Shown piece by piece: positions 1 to 10,046 of a stretch of DNA of 62,541 nucleotides. The stretch is from NCBI GenBank assembly GCA_022703335.1, contig JAKLDV010000001.1, positions 1 through 62,541 on the forward strand, written 5' to 3'. How positions within the stretch are numbered: the first letter of the stretch is position 1; each line of letters starts with the position of its first letter. The notes beneath the pieces are model-generated. The model was not told where the DNA came from and ran no database searches. It saw nothing but the letters and a program-made list of their open reading frames with translations. Source of the DNA: Elusimicrobiota bacterium (GTDB lineage Bacteria; Elusimicrobiota; Elusimicrobia; FEN-1173). The position numbers and the translations under genes are program-made.

Positions 1-807
1 ATGGATTCGGGCGTGGGCGTGGCCGTCGTCGCCAGCAACTGGGGTTGCGGCGCAGGCTGCATCTTTGCGCGGGGCTGGGGTTTTTGCACCGGCACGGGCA
101 GCGGCGTGGGCGGTGGCGGCGAACTCCGCGCCGGCGCTGAAAATGTTTTTTCCTTGAACCAATTGCCGGCCGGCGTCGACGGCGACCGTCACGAATTTAT
201 GTTCGTAGGCCGCGCCGAGACGCAGGGTGCGGGGGAGGTCGTAATCGCCCAACCGGCCGACGAGGTTTTGTCCCGCCGCGCCGAACCGGTAATTGGAGAT
301 CCGGTGGAGGGTCCCGACGTCCAGCGTGGTGGCGTTTTGGCTGAACCCGGCGATCTTTTCCGAGTAATATTTGACGACGGCTCCCGCGGCGGAATTGTTC
401 TTGCGATAGGAGACGCCGCCCGGCAACAGCGTCCCCTCATATTGAAACGTGGCGCCGGTGGGGGCCCCCTGGGCGTCGTAGACGGGTTCTTCTTTCATGG
501 AGAGAAGGGCCGGCGCGGCGGCCAGGGAAACGCGGCCCAGGGGCTGGACGAATCCGAGGAACTCGGCGGTGACGTCCTGCACGTAAACCTGGTGGAGGAA
601 CGAGGCCATCGGCGAAGGAACGAAAGCGATCCCGGCGGGGTTGTAATTCAGGCCGAACGGCTCGTCGGCGAGCGCGGTGAAGGTCTCCGCCATGCCGCCG
701 GCGCGGACCGAGGAGGGGAGTTCCAGGAACGCGCCTCCGCTCTGTCCGGCACGGAGCGCGGAGGCGGACAAGAGAACGAGCCCGAAAACGGCGAGTCTTT
801 TTTTCAT
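1..807 (-). CDS. Outer-membrane beta-barrel protein, PorV/PorQ (UPF0164)-like; C-terminal part cut by window edge
   Basis: Not in the supplied track because it runs off the window. My translation from ATG at 807: MKKRLAVFGLVLLSASALRAGQSGGAFLELPSSVRAGGMAETFTALADEPFGLNYNPAGIAF... The frame stays open to position 1. It has a signal peptide plus the G-x-A-x-A-D...NPAG motif typical of PorV/UPF0164-type barrels. The ATG overlaps the TGA of the upstream Kelch gene (ATGA at 804-807). Confidence 0.55.
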   Translation of the reverse strand, partial: MKKRLAVFGLVLLSASALRAGQSGGAFLELPSSVRAGGMAETFTALADEPFGLNYNPAGIAFVPSPMASFLHQVYVQDVTAEFLGFVQPLGRVSLAAAPALLSMKEEPVYDAQGAPTGATFQYEGTLLPGGVSYRKNNSAAGAVVKYYSEKIAGFSQNATTLDVGTLHRISNYRFGAAGQNLVGRLGDYDLPRTLRLGAAYEHKFVTVAVDAGRQLVQGKNIFSAGAEFAATAHAAARAGAKTPAPRKDAACAATPVAGDDGHAHARIH

Positions 808-2462
808 CCCTTGACGGCGATCTTTCGCACTTCGCGGCCGCCGGGGTAGTCGTAATGCAAAAGATACAGTCCCGGCGGAACGAAGCTGTTGTCCGCGTTG
901 CGGCCGTCCCATATTTTCTGGAAATCGCCGGCCGGTTCGGGCTGGTCCAGCAGGGTCCGGACCTCCCTCCCGAGCAGGTCGTAGAGGCGCAGCCGCACGT
1001 TCCCCGGCTGGGGCACGCTGAAAACGATGGTGCAGGAACCGCCCTGGCGGGGATTGAAGACGTTGTTGTAGAGGGTGGAGTGGAAATCCGTCTGGAGGGG
1101 CGGCCGGGTCGTGATCCCCTCGGGCACCTCCGGCGCCGCGGTGGCGGTGGTGAGCATGCCGACGGCGGTGCTGCCGTTGAGGTCGTAGGCCTCGAAGAAA
1201 TGGGCGTAATCGGCGCCGACCGTCAATCCGGAGAGGGCGTGGGAGTAAATTTTGCCGTCGGTGTAGACGCCGTCGGCGGAATTGGCGGCGGTCATGGAGA
1301 AGGGGCTGCCGGGGATTTCCGCGCCTCCTTTGCGGAGGTGCAGGCGGGGATATCCGGCGATGGGCGGCTCGTTGTCATCGTCGGTGTATTTGATGCGGAA
1401 GAGGAAGACGGTCTGGGAGTCGCCCGTTTCCGGGTGCAGGCCGTCGGTGGTGTAGTGGGGTTCCCCGGTGGCCGACAGGGCGGGCACGCCGGTCAAGATG
1501 CCCCGATAGACCAGGCTGTCCGCCTCGTCGACGGCGCTTTTCCCGCCCTCGATCACGTAGACTTTGTTGTCGACGGCCGCGACGGCGTGCTGGGCCCGCG
1601 GCGCGGGGAGCGATATCTTCGCGGTGAACCGGTCCTGGGAGGGGTCGTATTCCTCCACGGTGGAAAGGGTGTTCGCGTTTTTCCGTCCGCCGAAGAGGTA
1701 GATCTTGTCTTCCAGGGTCAGCGCGACGGCGTCGTTCCGGGCGTCCAGAAAAGACCGGGTGGTCCAAGTATCGGCGACCGTGTCGTACTCGTCCACGTTA
1801 TAGACGTAGCCGTCGGTGACGGCTTCTCCTCCGAACAGGAAGATCCTGTTGCCGTAGGCGCAGGCGGTCGCGTGCGCCCGCGGGACGGGCAGGTTGGCCT
1901 TCGGGCTCCAGCCGTCGATGTCCGGGGAGTAGACCTCGACGAGGTTCGTCACCCCGCCGGAGGTGGACCCGCCGAAGGCGTAGATCTTGTTGTTCACCGT
2001 GCAGACGGCCAGGTATTTCCGGGGGGTGATCATGTTGGCTTTGGATGTCCACGCGTCGGCGAGGGGGTCATACATTTGCAGGGAGGGGTTGGCGAGGGGG
2101 TCTCCTCCGACGACGTAGAGTTTGTTGCCGATGACCGCCACGCCGAACTCCGTTTTGGCGGAGAGGAGGGGGGTTTTCGCGCTCCAGGCATCGGCGCCGG
2201 GGTCGTATTCCTCCACGGTGTCCACGGGCGTGGCGGCGGAGGCCCCGCCGACGACGTAGAGTTTGCCGTTGATGGCGCCCGCCCGGAGCCCCCGTCGGGA
2301 GACCTGTCCGGCGCGGAGGTTTTTTTGGGACCAAGCGAAATCTTTGGCGAAGAGGAGGGGCGCGGAGGCCGCCGCGCCGAGGAACAGCGCGGATAAAAAG
2401 AGTATCCGTGCCGGAAAGGAAGAGACGGAGGGGCTCGGTCTTGCCGCCGCGACGGAGCGCAT
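804..2462 (-). CDS. Secreted Kelch-repeat (beta-propeller) protein with C-terminal FlgD-Ig/T9SS-sorting-like domain
   Basis: 552 aa with a signal peptide. Repeated GNKLYVVGG / NKIYAFGG / GNRIFLFGG / DKIYLFGG / DNKVYVIEG Kelch motifs. The C-terminal ~85 aa (VFNPRQGG..VRLRLYDLLGREVRTL..WDGRNADNSFVPPGLYLL) matches the FlgD-Ig / Por-secretion-tail pattern. Confidence 0.8.
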   Translation of the reverse strand: MRSVAAARPSPSVSSFPARILFLSALFLGAAASAPLLFAKDFAWSQKNLRAGQVSRRGLRAGAINGKLYVVGGASAATPVDTVEEYDPGADAWSAKTPLLSAKTEFGVAVIGNKLYVVGGDPLANPSLQMYDPLADAWTSKANMITPRKYLAVCTVNNKIYAFGGSTSGGVTNLVEVYSPDIDGWSPKANLPVPRAHATACAYGNRIFLFGGEAVTDGYVYNVDEYDTVADTWTTRSFLDARNDAVALTLEDKIYLFGGRKNANTLSTVEEYDPSQDRFTAKISLPAPRAQHAVAAVDNKVYVIEGGKSAVDEADSLVYRGILTGVPALSATGEPHYTTDGLHPETGDSQTVFLFRIKYTDDDNEPPIAGYPRLHLRKGGAEIPGSPFSMTAANSADGVYTDGKIYSHALSGLTVGADYAHFFEAYDLNGSTAVGMLTTATAAPEVPEGITTRPPLQTDFHSTLYNNVFNPRQGGSCTIVFSVPQPGNVRLRLYDLLGREVRTLLDQPEPAGDFQKIWDGRNADNSFVPPGLYLLHYDYPGGREVRKIAVKG

Positions 2463-2618
2463 GAGGGGATATTAGCAAATAAGCCCCAATTCCGGCCGGG
2501 GGTGGTCCGTCGCCGCCGGGAGAGGGGAGCGGCCGCAAATTGTGTATAATGGAAAAAGAACGGTCGCGATCCGTCCGCGCGCCGTTTTTTCGTTTTTGAA
2601 AGGGAAAATCAAACCGGC

Positions 2619-3707
2619 ATGACGAAAGAGAAATCCTCCAAAAACACCTCGGGCGTTCTTCGGAACCCGGCGAAGGGGAAAGAGTTCGACGCGTGGGACC
2701 CGAAGGTCCTCCGGCGCATCGACGAGCTGGTGGCGCTGGCGGACGTCCCCGGCGCCGTGCAGGACAACCGCGACCTGGTGCGGGAGATCATCGTCACCGC
2801 GTTGAAGACGCACCACTCGCAGATCGACCGCGGCGACGTGAAGATCCTCAGCCGTTCCCTGCGGGAGATGCGTTACGGGTTTCGGGTGTTCAAGGAATAC
2901 CGGCATTTGCGGAAGGTGACGATGTTCGGGTCCGCCCGTACCCCCGAAGGGCACGCCGAATACCAGCAGGCCCGTCAATTCGCGCGGCGGATGTCGAAGA
3001 ACGGCTACATGGTGATCACGGGCGGTGGGCCGGGGATCATGGAGGCGGGCAACGAAGGCGCCGGTCCGGGGAAGAGTTTCGGCATCAACATTCGGCTTCC
3101 GTTCGAGCAGGGCGCCAACAAATACATCGCCACTCAGCCGGACCTCTACATCGACTGCCGGTTCTTCTTCACCCGGAAACTGTTTTTCCTGAAAGAGACC
3201 AGCGCCGCGGTCTTTTTCCCGGGAGGGTTCGGCACCCTCGACGAGGCGATGGAGGTCCTCACCCTGGTGCAGACGGGCAAGTCCGACCCCATGCCGATCG
3301 TGTTCATCAGCCCGTCGGGCAGCCGCTATTGGTCCGACTTGAAACATTATATGGAGAAACATCTGTTGAAGACCGGGAAAATATTGCCGGCTGACCTGAG
3401 CCTCTTCTACGTGACGAATTCCGTGTCCGCCGCCGCCGCGGAGATCCTCCGTTTTTACAAGAACTATCACTCCAAGCGTTACGTGGGGGACGATCTGGTG
3501 ATCCGCCTGCAGCGGCCCCTTCCGCCGGCCGGCCTGAAAAAGATCACGGAGCGGTTCGCCGATATCTGCCAGAAAGGGGGGTTCCATCTCGGCGGCGCCT
3601 TGCCGGAAGAGAACGAATATCCGGACCTCCCGCGGCTCGTCTTCCGGTTCAAGAGAATGCGGTTCGGCCGGCTGCGGCAGCTCATCGACGTTTTGAATAC
3701 CTATTAA
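2619..3707 (+). CDS. LOG family (TIGR00730-type Rossmann fold) nucleotide 5'-monophosphate nucleosidase-like protein
   Basis: 362 aa. Motifs VTMFGSAR, ITGGGPGIMEAGNEGA and PGGFGTLDEAMEVLTLVQTGK are diagnostic of the LOG/PpnN family. Confidence 0.8.
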   Translation: MTKEKSSKNTSGVLRNPAKGKEFDAWDPKVLRRIDELVALADVPGAVQDNRDLVREIIVTALKTHHSQIDRGDVKILSRSLREMRYGFRVFKEYRHLRKVTMFGSARTPEGHAEYQQARQFARRMSKNGYMVITGGGPGIMEAGNEGAGPGKSFGINIRLPFEQGANKYIATQPDLYIDCRFFFTRKLFFLKETSAAVFFPGGFGTLDEAMEVLTLVQTGKSDPMPIVFISPSGSRYWSDLKHYMEKHLLKTGKILPADLSLFYVTNSVSAAAAEILRFYKNYHSKRYVGDDLVIRLQRPLPPAGLKKITERFADICQKGGFHLGGALPEENEYPDLPRLVFRFKRMRFGRLRQLIDVLNTY

Positions 3708-3783
3708 GGAGCTTTTTCGGGGGGGCCTTTAAATGCGGCGGCCGGGGGGGCTGTCCGCGGCAAAGCCCGTGTTTTTGATGCCC

Positions 3784-3813
3784 TTGACAAAATGCATTTT
3801 CTCAGCTAAAAAT
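3784..3813 (+). promoter_or_regulatory. Sigma70-like promoter candidate for hup
   Basis: TTGACA (3784-3789), 17-nt spacer, then TAAAAA(T) at 3807-3813. It lies about 75 nt upstream of the hup ATG, in an AT-rich patch. Confidence 0.4.
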
Positions 3814-3889
3814 AGATATAAATCGAATTATGGACAGGACCGGTCGCGGGTTGTAAGGCTGGTGCGACGATTTTCCGGAGGTTGTGCTC

Positions 3890-4165
3890 ATGAATAAATC
3901 GCAGTTGATCCTGAAGATATCCAAAGACGCCGGTTTGCGCCGGGCCCAGTCGGTCCGCGCCGTGAAGGCGCTGGTGGGGTCCATTCGGGAAACCATCAAG
4001 AACGGCGGGAAGATTTCCCTCACCGGGCTGGGGACGTTCAAGGTGAAGGCCCGAAAGGCCCGGCCGGGGCGCAATCCCAAAACCGGGGAAACCATCGCCA
4101 TTCCGGCGGGCCGAAAGATTTCTTTCAAGCCGAGCCTGTCGCTGAAAAAGCTGATCAAGGCCTGA
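3890..4165 (+). CDS. hup: HU family DNA-binding protein
   Basis: MNKSQLILKIS...GLGTFKVKARKARPGRNPKTGETIAIPAGRKISFKPS is the canonical HU/IHF arm. GGAGG lies 9 nt upstream of ATG 3890; the track ORF starts at GTG 3884. Confidence 0.9.
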   Translation: MNKSQLILKISKDAGLRRAQSVRAVKALVGSIRETIKNGGKISLTGLGTFKVKARKARPGRNPKTGETIAIPAGRKISFKPSLSLKKLIKA

Positions 4166-4225
4166 CCCTCCGGAAGCGTTTGCGGGGGGAGAAGTTTCCA
4201 CGTCGGGCCTTGAGGGTTTCCATCG

Positions 4226-4522
4226 ATGACTGAAAAAGTGGCAGTCCGCGCCCTTCCGCGTTTGGCGGCCGTTCTTTTTATGGGGTGGGGAACTCTCTTC
4301 TTTATCAAGGGGATGTGGGATTGTTTCGTCGGCGGCCCGGAAGCCAATTTTTATTCGTCCCGCCCCTGGGAATTCGTCACGCGGGAACAGTGGTTCCGCT
4401 TCGCCGGTTTCGAGGCGTTCTACGGGGCGGCCGTCTTTTTTCTTGGACGGGCTTTGTGGATTTTTTCGAAACGCCTGCCGGCCTGGCGGGAACGGGAGAA
4501 GAGTTCCTTCGAACCGATTTGA
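4226..4522 (+). CDS. Small hypothetical membrane protein
   Basis: 98 aa with two hydrophobic segments (LAAVLFMGWGTLFFI, AFYGAAVFFLGRALWIF). I recognise no family. Confidence 0.4.
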   Translation: MTEKVAVRALPRLAAVLFMGWGTLFFIKGMWDCFVGGPEANFYSSRPWEFVTREQWFRFAGFEAFYGAAVFFLGRALWIFSKRLPAWREREKSSFEPI

Positions 4523-4564
4523 CATGTGCGGCGCCGCGGCGGCGCCGGGAAACGGAATTGAAAA

Positions 4565-5827
4565 ATGATCCAGTGCGCACGTAAACTCAAACAGCTTCCT
4601 CCTTATTTGTTCACCCGCATCAAGGCCCTCACGGCCCAGGCGTACGCCAAAAAGCTGGACGTGATCGACCTGGGGATGGGAAATCCGGACGTCCCCACCC
4701 CGCCGCACGTCGTGGAGCGGCTGATGGACACCGTGAACAATCATCCGCGCACGCACCGCTATCCGCAGGCCAAAGGCATGCCCCGCTTCCGCAAGGCCGT
4801 GGTGAAGCACATGGAACGGCGGTTCGGCGTGGGGCTCGACCCGGACAGCGAGGTGCTGGCGCTGGTCGGCTCCAAAGAGGGCATCGCGCATCTTTGCGCC
4901 GCTTATCTCAACCCCGGCGACGTGGCCTTGGTGCCGGTGCCGGCGTACCCCGTGCATTTCAACGGGGTGATCCTCGCCGGCGGGAAGGTGCAGCCGGTGC
5001 CGCTCAGGCCGGAGAACGGCTATCTGCCCGATTACGGGAAGATCCCGCGGCGCGTTTTGGAGCGCGCCAAACTTATCTTTCTGAATTACCCCAACAACCC
5101 CACCGCGGCCGTGGTGGAGGACCTCGCCTTCTTCAAGGAGACGGTGCGTTTCGCCAAGAAGAACGACCTTCTGGTGGCGTACGACAACCCCTACTGCGAG
5201 ATCACCTTCGACGGGTACAAGGCGCCGAGTTTCCTGGAAACGCCCGGCGCGCGCGACGTGGCTTTGGAGTTCCACTCCTTCTCCAAGACCTACAACATGG
5301 CCGGCTGGCGCATGGGATGGGTCTGCGGAAAAAAGGAACTCCTCGCGCCGCTGGAAAAATTCAAGTCCTTCGTGGATTACGGCGTGCCCACGTTCCTTCA
5401 GCTGGCCGGCGCGGCCGCCCTGGAGGGATCGCAGGAGTGCGTCAAACAGACGGTGGAGGTCTATCGCCGCCGCCGCGACTATTTCGTCAACGAGCTGAAC
5501 CGCATGGGCTGGGCCGTGCCCATGCCGAAAGCCACCATGTACGTCTGGGCGCCCCTTCCGGAACCTTTCCGCGCCATGGGTTCGCTGGCCTTCGCCGAGA
5601 AGCTGGTGCTCGAAACCGGCATCGCCGTGGCGCCGGGCGTCGGGTTCGGCCAGCAGGGGGAGGGCTATGTGCGGTTCGCGCTCGTCACCCACGACAACCG
5701 TTTCTACGACGCCGCCCTGCGGATCAAGAAATTTTTCCGGAAGCACGGCGCCCTTCCCGCCCGTCCCGCCGCCGCCCGAGAGGAGCGCCGCCCGAGACCG
5801 CGTCCCGTGGAGGCGGAAACCCGATGA
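4565..5827 (+). CDS. Class I/II PLP-dependent aminotransferase (AlaA/DapL-like)
   Basis: 420 aa. Motifs LPPYLF..IDLGMGNPD, NYPNNPT and SFSKTYNMAGWRMGW (PLP lysine). Arg/Pro-rich C-terminal tail. Its TGA overlaps the hom ATG (5824-5827). Confidence 0.8.
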   Translation: MIQCARKLKQLPPYLFTRIKALTAQAYAKKLDVIDLGMGNPDVPTPPHVVERLMDTVNNHPRTHRYPQAKGMPRFRKAVVKHMERRFGVGLDPDSEVLALVGSKEGIAHLCAAYLNPGDVALVPVPAYPVHFNGVILAGGKVQPVPLRPENGYLPDYGKIPRRVLERAKLIFLNYPNNPTAAVVEDLAFFKETVRFAKKNDLLVAYDNPYCEITFDGYKAPSFLETPGARDVALEFHSFSKTYNMAGWRMGWVCGKKELLAPLEKFKSFVDYGVPTFLQLAGAAALEGSQECVKQTVEVYRRRRDYFVNELNRMGWAVPMPKATMYVWAPLPEPFRAMGSLAFAEKLVLETGIAVAPGVGFGQQGEGYVRFALVTHDNRFYDAALRIKKFFRKHGALPARPAAAREERRPRPRPVEAETR

Positions 5828-7152
5828 AGAAAGACGTCGTCAACATCGGCCTCGTCGGCTGCGGCACCGTCGGGCTGGGGGTGGCCAAACTCCTGCAGAC
5901 CAACCTGCCCGTGTTGGAGAGCAAGGCGGGGGCGAAGATGCGCCTGCTGTGGACGTGCGACAAATATGGGAAACCCGTCCCGCCGCGCGGCGTCCAGAAG
6001 CCCCGCTTCACGCGCGACTGGCGCGACGTGGTGAACGATCCCCACGTGGACATCGTGGTGGAACTGATCGGCGGGTACGAGCCGGCGCGCACCCTGGTGC
6101 TGGCCGCGTTGAAATCGAGGAAACACGTGGCCACCGCCAACAAGGCGCTCCTGGCGAAATATTGGGGGGAGATGAGCGTCGCGGCCCAGCAATCGGGAGC
6201 GCTCCTCTATTTCGAGGCCGCCGTCGGCGGAGGGATCCCGGTCATTCAAGGCATCAACGAGGGGCTGGCGGCCAACCGCATCGAAAAGATCTACGGTATC
6301 CTCAACGGCACCACCAACTACATCCTCGGCCGCATGACGGAGGACGGCATGGATTTCGCCGCCGCCCTGAAAGGCGCCCAGGAGGCCGGGTTCGCCGAGG
6401 CCGACCCCACCTTCGACATCGAAGGGATCGACGCCGCCCATAAGCTGGCGGTCCTCGCCTCCCTGGCCAGCGGCGCCTGGATCCGCCTGGAGGACGTGAC
6501 GCGCGAGGGGATCTCCTCCCTCGACGTGTGGGACGTCCACTTCGCGCGCGAACGGCTCGGGATGGTGACCAAACTGTTGGGCATCGTCGAGCTTGGGAAA
6601 GACCGGTTTTCCGCGCGCGTCCACCCCACGCTCATTCCGGGCACCCATCCTTTCGCCAATGTGCCGAGGGAATACAACGCGATCTTCGTGCACGGCGACG
6701 CCGCCGGCGACGTCATGTTCTACGGCAAGGGGGCCGGCCAGATGGCGGCTTCCAGCGCCGTCGTTTCCGACGTCATCTACCTGGCACGCCAGGTGGCCAA
6801 CGGCACCGCGGGACAGATCCCGTACGTGACCTACAATCCCGCCGTTCAATTGAAGCCGATCCCCTTCGACCAGCTCCAGTGCCGTCATTACCTGCGGTTC
6901 ACCACGGTGGACCGGCCGGGCGTCCTGGCGCAGATCACCCGGTTCCTGGCCCGGCAGAAAGTTTCCATCTCCTCCGTGCACCAGGAAGACACGGAGTCGG
7001 CGTTGGGGGCGGCCGTCCGCGGCGGCGTGCCCATCGTGGTCCTCACACACAAAGCTCCCGAGGGGAGGGTGCGCGAGGCCGCGCGGAACATCGACCGTCT
7101 CGCCGTCGTCCGGCGGAAGACCGTCCACCTCCGCATCGAGGACTCGTTTTAA
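5824..7152 (+). CDS. hom: Homoserine dehydrogenase
   Basis: Starts MKKDVVNIGLVGCGTVGLGV (NAD-binding GxGxxG) inside the long 4894..7152 track ORF. It has a C-terminal ACT-like region (RHYLRFTTVDRPGVLAQITRFLA) and is followed by thrC. Confidence 0.9.
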   Translation: MKKDVVNIGLVGCGTVGLGVAKLLQTNLPVLESKAGAKMRLLWTCDKYGKPVPPRGVQKPRFTRDWRDVVNDPHVDIVVELIGGYEPARTLVLAALKSRKHVATANKALLAKYWGEMSVAAQQSGALLYFEAAVGGGIPVIQGINEGLAANRIEKIYGILNGTTNYILGRMTEDGMDFAAALKGAQEAGFAEADPTFDIEGIDAAHKLAVLASLASGAWIRLEDVTREGISSLDVWDVHFARERLGMVTKLLGIVELGKDRFSARVHPTLIPGTHPFANVPREYNAIFVHGDAAGDVMFYGKGAGQMAASSAVVSDVIYLARQVANGTAGQIPYVTYNPAVQLKPIPFDQLQCRHYLRFTTVDRPGVLAQITRFLARQKVSISSVHQEDTESALGAAVRGGVPIVVLTHKAPEGRVREAARNIDRLAVVRRKTVHLRIEDSF

Positions 7153-7159
7153 CCGCCCC

Positions 7160-8224
7160 ATGAGCTATCAGGGAATCATCGAAAAATACCGGAAGCACCT
7201 TCCCGTCTCCGCCGCCACGCCGGTGGTGTCGCTGAAAGAAGGCAACACCCCGCTCATTCCCGTTCCCCGGTTGGCCCGATGGGCCGGCGCGCCCGGTCTC
7301 CGGCTCTTTGTGAAATACGAGGGGTTGAACCCCACCGGGTCCTTCAAGGACCGCGGCATGACCATGGCCATTTCAAAAGCGTTGGAGGAAAAATCCAGGG
7401 CCGTGGTGTGCGCTTCCACCGGCAACACTTCCGCCTCGGCGGCCGCTTACGCGTCGCGGGCGGGGCTCCGGTGCGTGGTGCTGATCCCGGCCGGCGCCAT
7501 CGCCCTCGGGAAACTCTCCCAGGCGGTGATGCACGGCGCCGAGGTTTATTCCGTGGCGGGGAATTTCGACGACGCCCTGGAGATGGTGAAGAAAGTGAGC
7601 GCCACCGGGAAACTGACGCTGGTCAACTCCATCAACCCCTATCGCATCGAGGGGCAAAAGACCGGGGCGTTCGAGATCGTGGACGATTTGTCCGATGCGC
7701 CGGATTTCCAATTCATGCCCGTCGGGAATGCCGGCAACATCACCGCCTATTGGAAAGGTTACAAGGAATATTCCGACCTGAAGAAGGCATCCCGGCGGCC
7801 GAAGATGATGGGATATCAGGCCGAAGGGGCGGCCCCCATTGTTCGAGGGGAGCCTGTGAAGTCCCCTCAGACCATCGCCACCGCCATCCGCATCGGCAAC
7901 CCCGCGTCCTGGAAACAGGCCGAGGCCGCCCGCGACGAGTCCGGCGGGCGCATCGATTCGGTCACCGACGACGAAATCCTCTCGGCGTATAAGGCGTTGG
8001 CGTCTCAGGAAGGGGTCTTCTGCGAACCCGCCAGCGCGGCTTCCGTCGCCGGCTTGAAAAAATACGCCGCCCGGGACGACGCGTTCGCCCGGTCCGCGGC
8101 CACGGTGGTGTGCATCCTCACCGGGCATGGGTTGAAGGACCCGGACCGCGCCATGGCCGTGATGCCGGCCCCGAAATCCGTCGAACCGCGCGCCGACGCC
8201 ATCCTGAAAGAACTCGGGCTGTGA
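7160..8224 (+). CDS. thrC: Threonine synthase
   Basis: 354 aa. FVKYEGLNPTGSFKDRGMT (PLP lysine motif) and the GNAGN loop. Confidence 0.9.
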   Translation: MSYQGIIEKYRKHLPVSAATPVVSLKEGNTPLIPVPRLARWAGAPGLRLFVKYEGLNPTGSFKDRGMTMAISKALEEKSRAVVCASTGNTSASAAAYASRAGLRCVVLIPAGAIALGKLSQAVMHGAEVYSVAGNFDDALEMVKKVSATGKLTLVNSINPYRIEGQKTGAFEIVDDLSDAPDFQFMPVGNAGNITAYWKGYKEYSDLKKASRRPKMMGYQAEGAAPIVRGEPVKSPQTIATAIRIGNPASWKQAEAARDESGGRIDSVTDDEILSAYKALASQEGVFCEPASAASVAGLKKYAARDDAFARSAATVVCILTGHGLKDPDRAMAVMPAPKSVEPRADAILKELGL

Positions 8225-8286
8225 TTTTTTCCGCCCGTTAAGCGCCCCGTTCGGTTTCAGCAGAGATCCTGACCAGAAGCCCCTGA

Positions 8287-8673
8287 ATGCCCGCCGTTAA
8301 AGAAAAAAATTCCCTCAAAAAGTTTCTTTCCTCATCGACCCCCTATCTTCTCCTGGCGGGTTTTTTCTATGCGGCCGGTTTTGTGTCGGCGCTCCGGGAG
8401 GCCGGGTGGGACGCCATTTCGTGGAGCCGCTTCGCCGTTTTGTTCCCCACCGTTCTTTTGGTCGTCGGTTTCCTCAATCGCCGCCGCCGATCGAGGCGTC
8501 TCGCTTTTTTTCTCGGCGTGGCCGGGGCCGCGGCTTCCGTCGCGATCCTGTGGGCTTTGGGGGCGCACCTGGACCATCCGGCGGACGTTCCCTGGGGCGT
8601 CTTCGGCCGTGCGGGGGGGCTCTATCTGGGGCTGACCTTCGCCGGCTACTTCCAATTTCGGGCCGACCGGTAG
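8287..8673 (+). CDS. Hypothetical membrane protein
   Basis: 128 aa with four hydrophobic helices. It lies 4 nt upstream of the symporter gene. Confidence 0.45.
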   Translation: MPAVKEKNSLKKFLSSSTPYLLLAGFFYAAGFVSALREAGWDAISWSRFAVLFPTVLLVVGFLNRRRRSRRLAFFLGVAGAAASVAILWALGAHLDHPADVPWGVFGRAGGLYLGLTFAGYFQFRADR

Positions 8674-8677
8674 AGAC

Positions 8678-10024
8678 ATGAAAATCATGGTGCAGAGGAT
8701 AAGCGATATCGTCTGGGGGCCGCCCATGCTGGTTCTGCTGGTGGGCACGGGTCTCCTTCTGACGGTGGTTTTGCGGGGGCTCCAGTTCCGCCTGCTTCCC
8801 AAGGCCCTGTATTTGGCGTTTTGGGTGAGGCACGAGGAAGGGGCCTCGGGCGACGTGAGTCATTTCCAAGCGCTGATGACCGCTCTGGCGGCCACCGTCG
8901 GAACCGGAAACATCGCCGGCGTGGCCACCGCCATCGCCTTGGGAGGGCCCGGAGCGCTTTTTTGGATGTGGGTCACGGGACTGGTGGGCATGGCCACCAA
9001 ATATTCCGAGGCCCTGTTGGGCGTCAAATACCGCGTGACGGAATCCGACGGCACCATGAGCGGGGGACCGATGCACTACATCGCCCGGGGCCTCGGCGTC
9101 CAATGGCTGGGAACGGTTTTCGCGCTGTGCGCCGCGGTGGCGGCCTTCGGGATCGGCAACATGGTGCAGGCCAACTCCGTGGCCCACGCCGTCCACGACG
9201 CGCTCCGCGTCCCGACCTATGTGACGGGACTTGTCTTGGCGGTGGCCACCGCGCTGGTGCTGATCGGGGGCATCCAGTCCATCGCCCGAACATCGTGCTG
9301 GATGGTGCCGGTGATGTGCGTGGTCTATATGCTGGGGGGCGGTGTGATACTGGTAATGAACGCGGATAAAATACCGCAGGTGTTGGCGCTGATTTTTCGG
9401 GACGCTTTCACCGGAACGGCGGCCGCCGGCGGTTTCGGCGGGGCCTCCGTCATGCTGGCCGTGCGGTACGGGGTGGCCCGCGGCGTTTTCTCCAACGAGT
9501 CGGGCCTCGGCACCGCGGGTTTCGCGGCCGCCGCCGCCAAGTCCAGCCACCCGGCCCTTCAGGCCCTCGTCTCCATGACACAGACGTTTTTGGATACCCT
9601 CGTCGTCTGTTCCGTCACCGGTCTCGTCATCCTGGTCACCGGCGCCTGGACGCAGCCGGATGCCGCCGGCCGGCTTCTCACCGGTTCGCCCCTCACCATG
9701 GCCGCTTTTTCCACCGGCCTTCCCGGCCACTGGGGCGGCTGGGTGGTGACCATCGGACTGGTCCTTTTCGCCTATTCCACGCTCATCGGCTGGTCCTATT
9801 ACGGCGAAAAGGCGTTCGTCTATCTTTTCGGACTCCGCGTCGTCCGGCCTTACCGGATCGTTTTCTGCGTCGCGGTCTTTTTCGGGGCGATGACGGAACT
9901 GACGATGGTTTGGAATTTGGCCGACATCGCCAACGGCCTCATGGCCTTGCCGAACCTGATCGGTTTGCTGTGTCTGCTGCCCGTGGTGTTGAAAGAGTCG
10001 CGGCACTCTTGGGGCGAATCTTAA
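8678..10024 (+). CDS. Alanine/glycine:cation symporter (AGCS family)
   Basis: 448 aa, polytopic. [33 protein letters not shown] is the AGCS signature. Confidence 0.85.
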   Translation: MKIMVQRISDIVWGPPMLVLLVGTGLLLTVVLRGLQFRLLPKALYLAFWVRHEEGASGDVSHFQALMTALAATVGTGNIAGVATAIALGGPGALFWMWVTGLVGMATKYSEALLGVKYRVTESDGTMSGGPMHYIARGLGVQWLGTVFALCAAVAAFGIGNMVQANSVAHAVHDALRVPTYVTGLVLAVATALVLIGGIQSIARTSCWMVPVMCVVYMLGGGVILVMNADKIPQVLALIFRDAFTGTAAAGGFGGASVMLAVRYGVARGVFSNESGLGTAGFAAAAAKSSHPALQALVSMTQTFLDTLVVCSVTGLVILVTGAWTQPDAAGRLLTGSPLTMAAFSTGLPGHWGGWVVTIGLVLFAYSTLIGWSYYGEKAFVYLFGLRVVRPYRIVFCVAVFFGAMTELTMVWNLADIANGLMALPNLIGLLCLLPVVLKESRHSWGES

Positions 10025-10046
10025 AAACAGAAAAGGGGAGGACGAT

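Noticed and set aside
1-849. 282-aa plus-strand ORF starting at position 1
   Set aside because: It is the same-phase antisense of the PorV-like gene (807..1) and the end of the Kelch gene. The sequence is Gly/Arg/Val-rich with no motif. The minus-strand reading has a signal peptide, a family motif and an ATGA junction.
3806-5746. Other long antisense ORFs, e.g. 3806..5746(-), 8474..10114(-), 10283..11551(-), 15100..16587(+), 22968..24572(+), 36420..38273(-), 37867..39234(-), 44831..46249(-), 50847..52748(-), 53232..55211(+)
   Set aside because: Each lies opposite a gene with clear family motifs and has an Arg/Gly/Pro/His-rich, motif-less translation. These are GC-driven artefacts.
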